Below, piece by piece: positions 47,601-58,600 of a DNA stretch of 64,000 nt. Position numbers and translations under genes: made by a program. Source of the DNA: an uncultured Candidatus Saccharibacteria bacterium (lineage in GTDB: Bacteria; Patescibacteriota; Minisyncoccia; Phycocordibacterales; CSBR16-119); assembly GCA_964589975.1 (NCBI GenBank), contig CAZPVH010000002.1:68217-132216 (forward strand), read 5' to 3'. Position 1 is the stretch's first letter, and the number at the start of each line of letters is the position of its first letter. The notes under the pieces were generated by a model that saw only the letters and a program-made list of their open reading frames with translations, searched no databases and had not been told where the DNA came from.

Positions 47601-48561
47601 CAAGCTTTTGGACACGCCCGCCATTTGTATCAGAGACGTATACAACATCATCTTGATCTATTTCAATTGCCGATGGCTGATCGAATTCCCCATTGCCGGT
47701 ACCAAATACTCCGAACTGAGACTGGTAAACGCCTGCGGAGTTGAATTTTTGAATGCGGAAATTTAATGTATCGACAACAAAAATATTTCCTAATGAATCA
47801 GTTGTGACATCGCCGGAGTTAGCAAAGTTAAACTGCCCGTTACCATTACCCCCAGACCCGAACTGAGACTGGTAAACGCCTGCGGAGTTGAATTTTTGAA
47901 TGCGGCTATTATTGCTATCTACCACGAAGATGTTATTGGCCGAATCGATATGAAGTTTTGTTGCGGTATTAAACTGCCCGTTACCATTACCCCCAGACCC
48001 GAACTGAGACTGGTAAACGCCTGCGGAGTTGAATTTTTGAATGCGATTATTACCACTGTCTACTACGAAAATATTATTAGACGAATCAATATCAATACCT
48101 GTTGGACCATTGAATTCTCCATTGCCGGTACCAAATACTCCGAACTGAGACTGGTAAACGCCTGCGGAGTTGAATTTTTGAATGCGATTATTACCCGTAT
48201 CGGCAACAAAAATATTTCCCGTGGAATCAATTGCCAAATCTCCTGGTAAAGATAGTTCCCCATCAGATGATCCGGGGCCAATAATATCGTCAGCAAAAGA
48301 ATATGGTTCGGAAGTAGCAGTAGAGCCATAACTTACCGTAGTGCCATACTCAACGCCAGCGACGCTTAAGGGCTCGCCTCCGTCACTATTTATTGTGAGA
48401 TTAAATTGCGCAGAGGTTTTATTTACGAACGTTGCTGCTTCGCTCGTTACTGTCGGCGCGGCGGCGAAGAGTACCCCCGCGTTTGAAAACGCCGAAAAGG
48501 CCAAGATTATGGCCATGACTAAAAGCGTCCTGAAGTTTTTTCGAGGGGTCTTTTTTGTCAT
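44656..48561 (-). CDS. Large surface protein: FN3-like segments, two NHL beta-propellers, five GCTD-type Cys repeats, TM segments and carboxypeptidase-regulatory-like domains
   Basis: IFVADTGNNRIQKF repeats, YHYRAFATN, GCTDP.A.NY....DDGSC.Y x5, WGTVYDSVTKQPLDP; likely ATG at 48561. Confidence 0.88.
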   Translation of the reverse strand: MTKKTPRKNFRTLLVMAIILAFSAFSNAGVLFAAAPTVTSEAATFVNKTSAQFNLTINSDGGEPLSVAGVEYGTTVSYGSTATSEPYSFADDIIGPGSSDGELSLPGDLAIDSTGNIFVADTGNNRIQKFNSAGVYQSQFGVFGTGNGEFNGPTGIDIDSSNNIFVVDSGNNRIQKFNSAGVYQSQFGSGGNGNGQFNTATKLHIDSANNIFVVDSNNSRIQKFNSAGVYQSQFGSGGNGNGQFNFANSGDVTTDSLGNIFVVDTLNFRIQKFNSAGVYQSQFGVFGTGNGEFDQPSAIEIDQDDVVYVSDTNGGRVQKLDTAGNFISSNVEKTNIGGSSVYGLAINNSKEIYISIRDGSTVYKIDQTNIANYLNSLTCGTDYHYRAFATNADGTSYGNDVTFTTTACDLPVVVTKATTEIRSTAVILNGLQTSDGVGASTVRGFQYGTTTGYGSSVNTSPGTSLSVTTSGSLGTDENSFDALSGVGQDASGNIYVADTGNNRIVELDSSGTFITMFGWGVATGGNSFESCSSGCQAGISGSGSGQFNAPQDVAVDMGTGNIYVSDTGNNRIQVFNSSHVYQSQFGSFGTGAGQFSSPKGIAIYSSSIYLADSGNNRIQKLNTSGTMLAQSTGLSSPSGVVISDDGYVYVTDTGNDRIWYLNTTFSSSGDVSFVVPSGWTAMDSPVGIAIDTDFGIYITDSVNDRVIYASREADPDEYTFVSSYGSNGSSIGQFDTPKDILLNVDTFKLYSADSVNSRLQIFRPFFYKELKPLTCGTTYHYRAFATNSDGTAYGDDVAFTTLACGSLGGGGGPTDPPAGCTDPAAQNYDAVFVVDDGSCTYPVYGCPYPTATNYNPSATDDDGSCVYPPGPVPGCTDPTADNYNASATVDDGSCDYDDGPETPGEEPGCTDTFATNYDASADVDDGSCEYTLTSIAGCTDSTALNYNSAANVGDGSCTYENPPDPETIPEIIKEVIKDISGYVSGISKNTAVVPVVQAVAVTGLTLPLVLYILAERAGIVSIALRLWNIIPTLLGFRRKRRPWGTVYDSVTKQPLDPVYVTLLDMSGREVATSITDLDGRYGFVTERGQYRLDAKKGDYIFPSVKLRGADHDDLYGNLYFGEEIGVETEGTIINKNIPMDSINFNWNEFEKTKNKGLMKFFSKGELFLARIGKTIFIAGFAASAVLIFLEPSTLNYVILSIYVLITVLAMFGVRPKRPGFAIERDTGYPLSFAIVSVYSALLDKEIAHTIVGKTGKYHVLVPKGNYYLKVKKKTGEDSYEEVYTSEEFKAKKGYINKILRV
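47711..48186. repeat. Four identical 47-bp intragenic repeats (NHL blades)
   Basis: CCGAACTGAGACTGGTAAACGCCTGCGGAGTTGAATTTTTGAATGCG at 47711, 47858, 47999 and 48140. Confidence 0.9.
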
Positions 48562-48633
48562 TGCAGGACAATGTAATTTTAGCATGAAAAAAGGGCTCCC
48601 TGCTTGTGCAGAAAGCCCTTTCATTACAGTTGG

Positions 48634-49599
48634 CTAGAAGCCGACTGTGGACACTTGTTCACTTTGGAACGTTCCGTCTGGAAGGACAGCGCGAACGAGG
48701 AGGATCTGATTCTCCGGGAACCGCAGGATATCGCCAAGGCGAACCTGTTGCCGGGAGAGTAAACGCCCGCTCAGGTCAAGAATCTCGACCCTTGCAGCAT
48801 TCCATGACTCTGGAACCGCGAGCGTGTTACCACGAACGTAGTGCGAAATGGGAATACTTGTCGACAGGTCTGTCACGCTGAACTCAAAAGCGAGATCAAC
48901 ATCAAGCCATGATCCAAAATTGTACGGATCAGGCACTAGTTGTTCGCTGAGCGGGATTCCTCCTTGACCAATGCACCCGCCCCACAAGGCAAAGCCCTGT
49001 GGATATGGATCGTTGACCAATTGGTTCGTCGGACCGCCCAAGTGCGATCGGTGATTTCCGCCTCCTGGATAGGAATGGGTTACCGTGCCGTCGACGCGAA
49101 CGACGAAAGCATAGTTGCCCGGCGGAAGAACCATATCGACGATGTATTCAGTCGACATCTGTTCGAACGTTCGAGTACCGTTAGCCGCTTCCAAGAAAAC
49201 CTGGTTGCGAAGAGTGGTCAGCTCAGTCTGAGAAACCCCCTCCAAGACATCGGCCGAGCAGTACTTGTTCATACCAGGAACAACCGTGTCGATCACCGTC
49301 ACGATCGAACCATAGACATGGTCTTCGTAAATCGTGATCGTAGCAGGAACGGTATCAAGGCTGAAGAAATCAGCGAGCGTCAGATGCAGGCTGTGGAGAT
49401 TTCCTCCGGGATGGTAGAAGCTCTGACCGAGACTGTCCGAGTAAGTGAAATAGGGATCTCCGCTCACAAGAGCCCAGGCCTGTCCGTCCATGTGGCGGCT
49501 GCCATAGTTCTGGTAGTGTTCGCCGCCTTGGGCGAAAGTGACTGGTGCAATGCAAATGCAAAGCACCGCCAAAGTGATGATGTTAGCAAGGTGCTTCAT
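48634..49599 (-). CDS. Secreted protein with a degenerate T9SS type-A-like C-terminal domain
   Basis: Signal ending TFAQ; C-terminal DLSTSI...ARVEILDLSGRLL...ILLVR; AACCTAAACCTACACGC leader; hairpin at 48588-48621. Confidence 0.75.
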   Translation of the reverse strand: MKHLANIITLAVLCICIAPVTFAQGGEHYQNYGSRHMDGQAWALVSGDPYFTYSDSLGQSFYHPGGNLHSLHLTLADFFSLDTVPATITIYEDHVYGSIVTVIDTVVPGMNKYCSADVLEGVSQTELTTLRNQVFLEAANGTRTFEQMSTEYIVDMVLPPGNYAFVVRVDGTVTHSYPGGGNHRSHLGGPTNQLVNDPYPQGFALWGGCIGQGGIPLSEQLVPDPYNFGSWLDVDLAFEFSVTDLSTSIPISHYVRGNTLAVPESWNAARVEILDLSGRLLSRQQVRLGDILRFPENQILLVRAVLPDGTFQSEQVSTVGF

Positions 49600-49776
49600 G
49601 CGTGTAGGTTTAGGTTACCTTAATATATAACACATATTCGCAGAAAAAGCAAGTACTATTCCCCCCTTTTAAATACGGCCTTTCTAGCCCTTTTCGCCCT
49701 TATGCCCACTTTATACTCTTTAGCAATATTGTTTACCCCGCCAACAGGAATATGATAATAGGCAAACAGGTACAAC

Positions 49777-50391
49777 GTGGAAAATCTAGACAACTCTACG
49801 GGTATCGAAAAACAGGGACAATTTAGTTCTGGGGAAAAGTGTGGGACGTCGTATGAGACAAGTTTTACTTGCCAATCTACAGAAGATCTTAGGGGAGGCT
49901 TCGCCAAGCTTCAAGCGGACATCATTAGTCACTTGAACGTAAGCGGCTTCAACAAGGATCCCCTGAAGGTTGTTGGAGTAAAGACAAAAAGGGTTTCTTC
50001 GACGGTCGACGACAAACAGGTTACGACGATCGAGGTCAAGGTCGATTTCGAATCCTGTTCGCTTGTTGACGCCCACTATTTCTTCTCTGCAGAGGTCGGC
50101 ATCGCTTCGGCGCCCAGCGCCAAAATGATGTATCACCTCGTGGCCTCCAGCCAAGGAAAAATCCTTGACCGAAAGAGCCAAGCAGCGAATTTCAAAGAAT
50201 TGCGTCACGGCGATGTAACCTTCTTTGAAACATTCGAGAACGAGTTTGTTTTTGGTTCGATGTCCGTGAAAGCGTGCGTGACTTTTGCCAGCGCGCAAGC
50301 ACCAATCGAGTCATGTATCCATGACGCGTTCCGTCGATCGCAAAAACTGATGCGCGCAAGCGCACAGATAAGAGACTCCACCAAGTCTTAA
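49777..50391 (+). CDS. Hypothetical protein
   Basis: 204-aa ORF with GTG start, TG-A-TAATAG -10-like box upstream, hairpin at about 50407-50435. Confidence 0.6.
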   Translation: MENLDNSTGIEKQGQFSSGEKCGTSYETSFTCQSTEDLRGGFAKLQADIISHLNVSGFNKDPLKVVGVKTKRVSSTVDDKQVTTIEVKVDFESCSLVDAHYFFSAEVGIASAPSAKMMYHLVASSQGKILDRKSQAANFKELRHGDVTFFETFENEFVFGSMSVKACVTFASAQAPIESCIHDAFRRSQKLMRASAQIRDSTKS

Positions 50392-50446
50392 GGTGTGATT
50401 AAGACAAGCGGCCCCCTCCACCAAGAGGGGTCGTTTTGTTTTAAGG

Positions 50447-51580
50447 TTATCGCACCGTGGCGTTGTAAGTTTTTCTTGTCTCTTCTTCTAGTTTATGATG
50501 AAGTTCGTTTACCTCAGCATCGGTCAGAGTTTTTTCGAGCGATCTGTATGTGACCCGGTAAGCGTAGCTTTTCTTTCCCTCACCAAACTTAGCGGCGTTT
50601 TCATATTCATCTATGAGGGCCATTTCTTCGGCCATGTCGCCGACAACATCTCGGACAAGATCGAAGTACACATTCGGCTGATATGTCGCGGAATCAACAA
50701 TGAAAGATATGTCGCGCACAATGGCGGGAAACTTTGAAACTTCTTTGAATTTCTGCCCGAGCACAAGCTGTTTTTTGACCCGCTCATCGTCGGACCAGAG
50801 AAGCCTGATATCCGGAAGCTCCATAGAAAGTATCGCCAAGCGTTCAATACCGAATCCAAAAGCCCAACCGTTATAGCCAGTGATTCCCATCTTTTCAAGA
50901 ACCGAAGACTTCACCATGCCCGCACCGAGGATTTCTACCCAATCGCCATTCACCATAACTTCTATCTGGGTGGAAGGATTAGTATACGGGAACGTGTCGT
51001 CCAGGAACCGATACTCAGTTCCCTTGCCGAAAACAGTTTCAACTATTTCTGACAAGACGCGCTTCAACTCATCGAGCTCGAGCTTGCCTTCGGAATTCGG
51101 AATCAGTTTCCAGCCGTCGATCTGATGAAAGACGTTCATGTGCCGGCGATCAATCTCGTCTTTCCGGTACACTTTTCCAAAACACAGCGCCCCGAGACCT
51201 TCGCCGCGCGTAGCTCTATCTTTTATGTCCGGATGATTAAAATAGTAGTACCAAGAAACGGTGTTATGCGTACGCAAAATATTTTTAGCATCGGCGTAGT
51301 AGGTATCGGATGTGGAGCGCGCGACATGGTCGGCTGGAAAGTCGAATAAGTCGAACGTAATTTCAGCCGGAACAATTTCCGGGATCTCGATCACGTCTAG
51401 CCCGGCGAGCGCTGGAACCTTTTTAACCCTGTCCACGATCTCAAAAAGCGGGCTTCCAGGGGTACGAGAGAGGTCCGGCATATGCAAATAGCGCTTCATG
51501 CGGGCCGCCTCAGCGTCGGTTCGAGCGTCTAATTCTTTGAGTAATGTATCCTGTTCTTCAGTATTTATCCTGATTTCCAT
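50447..51580 (-). CDS. pheS: Single-chain (mitochondrial-type) phenylalanine-tRNA ligase: alpha catalytic domain plus FDX-ACB
   Basis: FD...PADHVARS..DTYY, LRTH, GKVYRKDEIDRRH..VFHQ, FPYT.PS, GFGIERLA, then SKFPAIVRDISF...SYAYRVTYRSLEKTLT. Confidence 0.93.
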   Translation of the reverse strand: MEIRINTEEQDTLLKELDARTDAEAARMKRYLHMPDLSRTPGSPLFEIVDRVKKVPALAGLDVIEIPEIVPAEITFDLFDFPADHVARSTSDTYYADAKNILRTHNTVSWYYYFNHPDIKDRATRGEGLGALCFGKVYRKDEIDRRHMNVFHQIDGWKLIPNSEGKLELDELKRVLSEIVETVFGKGTEYRFLDDTFPYTNPSTQIEVMVNGDWVEILGAGMVKSSVLEKMGITGYNGWAFGFGIERLAILSMELPDIRLLWSDDERVKKQLVLGQKFKEVSKFPAIVRDISFIVDSATYQPNVYFDLVRDVVGDMAEEMALIDEYENAAKFGEGKKSYAYRVTYRSLEKTLTDAEVNELHHKLEEETRKTYNATVR

Positions 51581-51627
51581 TGTTTAAATATAGCAGTTTA
51601 AAGCCCTGTTTTAAAGAAATTCTTTTC

Positions 51628-51656
51628 TTGACATATATTAGCTATTGTGCTATAAT
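51628..51656 (+). promoter_or_regulatory. Consensus sigma70 promoter
   Basis: TTGACA-17-TATAAT with extended TG. Confidence 0.85.
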
Positions 51657-51683
51657 ATTAGCAAACCTTAACAACTTTCTAAG

Positions 51684-52553
51684 ATGAGAAACATCATCAA
51701 GAACTTCGGACCCATTACCCTGTTCGCGCTGGTCATCCTACTCGGATCCCTCACTTCCTGTAGCTCGAGCGGCAATCGCCGCCCGGCATCGGAAGATGCC
51801 ATGACAACACCGCCGACCATTGCATCAGATGGCGCCAAAGTGGCCGAACTCGAAGCTGAGATCAAGAAGCTCACAGAAGAGCTACGCACGTGCCCCGCAG
51901 ATGCTCTGAAGCGAGCTCAAAAGGAACTCCTTGATGCACAGCTGGCGGACAAAATGGCTCGAGCCGAAACCGGCCTCGATAAGCTGAACCTCGAGATGTT
52001 CGTGAGCTTCGTCGGACAGGACAGCAACCTGATCAGTCCGGATGGATTCATGAACATCGTGAACTTCGCAGATAACGGAGAATTCCAAAGTCCGATTTCT
52101 GCCCCGCGAGGATCTATCGGCACTATGTTCCCGGCCTTCGGAGAATATATTGCTGATGAAATCAATTTCATCTCTGTCCGAGATGACTTGCGAAATCCTT
52201 CGCGCGTGAACAAGTTCTGGGACAAGAACAAAAGCCTGGTCATTTTCTCGCTCAAAGTAAGCGGTCAACTCGGCAAGGCTTCAACCCACGCTGCAGAGCT
52301 CTTGCGCTACTACGAGAACAGGATTGATAAAGACCTGGCCGCCGCGTGCAAAGCGTACTACGACAAGCACAAGGGTACCACCGAGTTCCAAGACGCATCG
52401 CCCGAATACAAAGCCCTTGAACGCTTCAGTGGAAACAAGGGTCCAGCCAAACTGCAAAACTGGCTGTTCGTACAGCGCAATCGCGATGCCGGGGGCGACG
52501 CCCTTATCAAGGCCCACATTCGCGTACTGCGCGACCTGGCGAACCCGGTGTAA
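51684..52553 (+). CDS. Putative lipoprotein with coiled coil, monocistronic unit
   Basis: Lipobox LTSC after a hydrophobic stretch; VAELEAEIKKLTEEL coil; terminator at 52572-52604. Confidence 0.8.
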   Translation: MRNIIKNFGPITLFALVILLGSLTSCSSSGNRRPASEDAMTTPPTIASDGAKVAELEAEIKKLTEELRTCPADALKRAQKELLDAQLADKMARAETGLDKLNLEMFVSFVGQDSNLISPDGFMNIVNFADNGEFQSPISAPRGSIGTMFPAFGEYIADEINFISVRDDLRNPSRVNKFWDKNKSLVIFSLKVSGQLGKASTHAAELLRYYENRIDKDLAAACKAYYDKHKGTTEFQDASPEYKALERFSGNKGPAKLQNWLFVQRNRDAGGDALIKAHIRVLRDLANPV

Positions 52554-52611
52554 CTACCGGATGCACATTCGAAAGAACCCCGACGGTGTCGGGGTTCTTT
52601 TTTTATAATAA

Positions 52612-55600
52612 TTAGCTACACAATTCTTTCGCTTTCTTTATTGTGTTGCCATAGAACCAGCCGGTAGGACTTTTGATGCCCGCGGGCGCGAGAATTTCGG
52701 AAGCGAAAGCGGATTGGAATTTCTTCGTCGCTTCCTCCGTGGCCGGACCGAATATGCCACTAGGAACGACTTTCAGATATCCTTCATCGGACAGGAATTG
52801 CTGAATCAATTTTACATTCTCGCCTTTGTCTCCCTTTTTTGCTTGTGAGAATTGGCATGAGGAGACTTCGGCAATTTCTGCGACCGCGCCAAGCACCGAT
52901 CCCGAACAGAAAATCGGTTTAGTTTTAGAGAGTGTGGCTTTACCAACAACACCATCGGCGACCAAACCATTTTTCTTTTGGAAATCAATTACCGCGTTCT
53001 TTGTCTTGGCCCCGAAGGCCCCGTCGGCCACTCCGATAGCGTAACCTTTCGACAATAAGAATTTCTGTACCTTTACGACATTCGCTCCCCGATCCCCTAG
53101 CTTTACATAAGCGGAAGTTATCGTTACCGGTTGGCAATTATTTTCAGCCGCGGGAGAAGCCGGGTTCGATTGCGGCGAGCCAGTGTTTGTCGAGAGTGCG
53201 GATCTGCTAGCGCGCGATGAGCCGCCACTGCTTATGACTACGGGCTCGTCTATAACCGGTTCAGTAATTACATATCCCGCTTGAGTATCGATGCCAACAT
53301 TGCCAACAGAGTCCTCGGCTTCAATCGAAAGGGCCCCGGAACTTGTGATCGTTATAGTGCAATCAACTTGTGTAGCCGAAGTCTGACTACAAGATAAGCC
53401 CGATAGACCTGCCGTTGTACCGCCCGCAACAGAAACACCCGACGAGGCTAAGCCAATATCATCTATGACTCGTATGGTTGTATCCGTTATTGAACCTGCT
53501 GCTGTTAGCGTCACGGGCGTAATAGTAACCGCTGGATCAATCGTGTCGATTATGTAATTGTTCTCGGTGGCAGAATCAGTGTTTGAAAGCGAATCCTCTG
53601 CTTCTATCTCAAGATTACCTGAACTGGTAATGTCCAGAGTACAGTCAACAACCGTAGCTGATGTCTGTGAGCATACGAAGCTTGAGGTGTCTGCTGTAGT
53701 ACCGCTGCCTATGGAAACACCTGCCACTAAAACCTCTTCATCATCAACGATATGCACCTCTGTGTCTGTGATGGTTCCGTTTGAGGTCTTCGTCGGCGCA
53801 TTTATCGTGATCGATGGAGGATTTTGATCTATGAGATATCCTGTCTCAGTATCAGAGCCGGTATTGCCGAGAGAGTCTTCTGCGCTGATTATAAGATTGC
53901 CGGTTGAATCTATGGCTATGCTGCAATCGACTTGAGTTGCGGAAGTTTGAACACACGAGAAGCCTGACGTGCCTGCAGTAGTTGCGCCATCAACAGAGAC
54001 ATCTGCGGCTGAGACACCGATGTTATCGGTGACGAGTATGGTGGTATCTGCGATACTTGCACTAGAAGATTTTGTAATAGCTGTGATATCGACAGCTGGC
54101 GCAGTTGCGTCAATAACATATCCAATTTCGGTATCTGTTCCAGTATTATTGGCTGAGTCCTCTACGTTGATTGTTAAGTTTCCTGAGCTGGTTATATTTA
54201 TCGTACAGTCAACAACAGTAGCTGAAGTTTGGGTGCACGAAAAACCAGAAGTTCCGGCCGTCGTGCTGCCTGCCACGATGACGTCAGCAACCAAAACCCC
54301 GGCATCGTCTGTCGCCTGGATAGTTGTATTTGTAATTACAGCGTTAGAAGATTTTGTCGGAGCGGTAATGGCAACCGCCGGCGCACCGACATCAGCGGTT
54401 GTAAAACTCCAAGAGGTCGTCGAGGCAATACCGGCATAGCTGTTGCCGGCGGTATCATCAAAAGCGGTGGCGGCAATGAGGATATAGTATTCGGTTGCCG
54501 ACGAAAGATCTGCTGTGGGATTTATGGTAATTGTATTTGTCCCGCTACCCGTAATCGCACCGCTCCCGACAGCGATCGTTTCTACGGTCGAATCATCGCT
54601 GGTTTTTTTTATTGTAATATTTCCTGTTTCAGCATCGACTGGAGCATCAAAGAGTATAGAAAGGTCTGACGAGATCGAAACACCCGTTGCATTATCTGAT
54701 GGCGACAATGACGATACTGTTGGATTGGCAGTGTCGATAACGATTGCCTTGTTTGAAGCTAGATTTGTGGCAGGACCAAAGCTGACCATCGCGTTGCCCG
54801 CAGCGTCAGCAATCGTGCCGGAAATAGAGTTCACGGTAAGGTCAGGAGTGGTATCCCCGCTTTGGACTGTGTAATTACAAGTTCCACTCGAAGCGCCTGA
54901 AACACTAAAAGTGCATGTCCTATCTGTTGCGCCGGTCTCAAGCGTAACCGTCACACTACCTGTTGAAGTTACAGACTCGGAGAAAGTGACATCGATATCA
55001 ATTACTTCGCCAATGGTATATGCGCCATTTGATTTATCAGACGATACATTTGTTACTGTCGGAGCGGTAACATCAGCGGTTGTAAAACTCCAAGAGGTCG
55101 TCGAGGCAATACCGGCATAGCTGTTGCCGGCGGTATCATAAAAAGCAGTGGCAGCAATGAGGATATAGTATTCAGTCTCGCCGGCAAGCGTAACCGAAGG
55201 GTTAATCGTAATCGTGCTGGTGCCACTGCCAGAAACAAATCCGCCCGCGACGTCTATTGTTTCTATGGTCGAATCATCGCTGGTTTTTTTGATTGTAATA
55301 TTTCCTGTTTCAGCATCAACAGGAGCATCGAAATTTATGACGAGATTCGCTGTTGCAGAAACCCCTGTTGCATTGTCTAATGGAGACAACGAAGAAACTG
55401 TTGGATTGGCAGTGTCGATAACGATTGCCTTGTTTGAAGCTAGATTTGTAGCCGGGGCAAAATTACTCATCGCATTCGCTGCCCCGTCAGCAATAGTTCC
55501 AGATATGGAATTAACCGTGAGGTCGGAAGATGCGTCTCCCGACTGAACTGTGTAATTACAGGTTCCGGTTGTCGACGCGCTAACAGCAAATGTACAAGTT

Positions 55601-58600
55601 CTATCTGTTGCTCCTGTCTCGAGAGTGACGGTAACATTTCCTGTTGATGTAACTGACTCTGAGAAGGTCACGTCTATATCGATAACTTCGCCGACAGTAT
55701 ATGAGCCGTTAGCCTTATCTGATGAAACGTTTGTAATAGTTGGAGCAGTAGAGTCAGAACTTATCGAATACCCTGCCTCAGTATTACTGCCAGTACGCTC
55801 TACCAAATCCACCGCATTGATAACCAGATCTCCCGAAGACGTGATGTTAACAACGCAATCTACCTGAGTGTTAGATGTCTGAGTACAAGCAAAGCCTGAC
55901 GTTCCTGCTGTCGTACTTCCCGCAACCGTTACATCTTCCGCAATTACGGCAACATCATCGATGACCTGGATCGTTGTATTGGTTATAGTCGCTGGAGACG
56001 ACTTTGTCGGAGCATTTATTGTCACTACCGGGGCCGAAGAATCCGTTGTGATAGTTTCATCAAAAGAGACTCCCCAGTTATACAGTGGGTAACCGGAAGA
56101 ATCCGAGGATGGCGAAACTGATGCATCGCTATCGCGCATATTGCCGCCACTTTTTGAGGCATTCGTTGGATCTCCTTGATAGCTGGCATTCAAAATCTGA
56201 GCTGCATACTTCAAGCGAGGCGTCGTTCCATCTGGAGTACCAGACAAAACCGCTTTTACCACATCATCATCAACAATCGAAACAGAAGATAGGGTTGTGG
56301 TGCCGCCAGTCTGAATAAACTCGAATCCATATTTTCCGTCTGTCCTTTGAACAACATTCGTTGTATCGAAAACTACTGGCGGCACTGGGACATTTAGCCA
56401 AACATATACATTAGATCCGTTTCTAGCGACAACCTTAGGCATTAGAGGGTCCCAGTCCTCATTCTCAAAAAGCACCTGGTTCATGACCTTGGCGAACTGC
56501 TCACCAAGTCGTCTATAAGACATTGCCTGTAGGTGGCCTCCATCAACGGCATATGGATACTGATAAGTTGGTCCTATAAGATAAATATCATCATCATATG
56601 TACGATGAGCGCGAAGTTGTGCTACTGCCATCTGATGCGGGTAGGCTGAATTCTGCTGCGAGTAAAATAAAGGAATGTGATCGTTTCTACCGGTTAACGT
56701 ATTAAAATCACTCTCGTAATCTTGCTGCATCTCTGACAAATACCCCTCGTACGCAGATGGATTCCCAGAACCGTTGCCCAGGGCGGCGTCCGTTTCCCCA
56801 TGAACAAGCGTAGAGGCCAGCGGTCTATAAATACCCGCAAAAGTATTCTCGACGTATGTCTTTGATACCGAGGCCTGAGTTTGTCCGCGACCATAACTAG
56901 CCGCTGAACCAGAGCCATTCTTTTTGATAACACTATAGCCTGACCCTCCCAGAGCATGAAGTCCGATAACAAATCTTCGGCTAGGACTAACTGCGTCATC
57001 AAATGCGGCCAGAGTATTAGCAATGCCTGACGAAGGAGTTTCAAGCAAGCCCTCCGAAAGATATTCAAAAGTTTCAACAAGCGGAATTAACGGAGAATCT
57101 TTTCCTACTGGACCAGCGTTATTAGTTATGGCCGGATCTCCATATGGCATAAAATTATCATAAGGCTGCTTGTTTGAGATTGGAGGAGTACCTTTTGATC
57201 CCAAGGCCAAACTTTGGCCATTTGAAAGAATTTGATAAAAGATCTGTGCGCCAACAGTCTTTGTTACTGTGTCAGAAACAGCCCCATCACCAGAAGAGTT
57301 CACCGCACTCACCCGAAAATCATACGAGCTTGAATTTGATAGTCCTGTAACAGTTGAATGTAGAGTTGTACTGACTCCATCGGCAAAAGTTAGCCATGTG
57401 CCTGAAGAAGAAAGTTTGTACTCAATCTTGTAATCAGTAACAACAGGATCAGCAATGACTGACTGCCAATATATGTATGCTTGATTATTACCAGGGATAA
57501 CTCTGACATTTAGCGGCTTCTCGGCAACACCCGCATAGTTAGGATTCTTTACGAATAACTGAACCTGATTAACCCCAAGACCTTGCGGTCCTTGGAAGTC
57601 ATTCGGCGAGTACCCATTCGTGCCATTGTAAGCCGATAGACTTGATTGACCGATAGCAAACCACGCTGTTGAAGATATTCCGCCATCAATAAAAACCGGC
57701 CCCCCGGTGCTGTTGTTATACTCTAGACCGATAAAATCCGGACCAGATAGATAATAATCCATGAGTATCTCAGAATATCCAGTAACACCGGCATTATTAT
57801 CTGTCGTATCGTCAGCTGGATTACTTGATTGTTTCCATATGGTCGAATCTTCACTATCAAAATCCGGATACATGATCTTGAAAGTCATCTTGTCGCTATC
57901 GCCCGAGTCACGAAAATTTTCGACATGAGAAAGAACTGAGAATTTAGATTGGGTAAGCGGATTTGCTGCCGAAGCATTCGTTAGCTTAGCCTCGCTAAAC
58001 CTGGTCGCCGAAGAAAATACGGCCCCGCCAGAGGAGTCATGAACGAATAGCGGCACCCACAAGCCCCTGGCAACAGGCGTAGAAGTTACCGTAGAAGAAG
58101 CGGCAGAAGTCGTGCTGCCGTCAGTCGCAGAAACACGAAAATCATAAGACAATCCGTTTGTTAGACCCGTCACAATAGTTCCGTGATGGGTACTTGTTCC
58201 GTCTGAAAATGTTGTCCACGAAGAATCAGTCGAGAGCTTGTATTCTATGACATAATCAGTAACTGGACCCTCATCCCAGATAAGACTCACGCCATTATCT
58301 AGAGGGTACGCAGAAACATTGGTTGGTGTTGAGACTGTTCCGCCTTCTGTGAAGTAAATATTTCTTATGTCTTCTTCCGTGAGCGCTCTGGAGTACTGGC
58401 GAACATTGTCTAGATATCCCCCCATTGCAAGCGTGGAGGTACTAGAGTTGAAAGTTATCGGCTGATTATACGATCCGAAAATAACACGGTTTGAAGCAGG
58501 GGCCACAACCGTTCCAACGCGCCACAATACGCCGTTAACATAAATATACAATTTTCCTTGAGTACTATTATAAACTCTAGCTATGTGGTACCAAGTGTTA

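Noticed and set aside
47711-48186. Regularly spaced identical 47-bp repeats resembling a CRISPR array
   Set aside because: They lie in frame within the NHL gene, periods are multiples of 3, the gaps (94-100 bp) encode related blades, and no cas genes are present.
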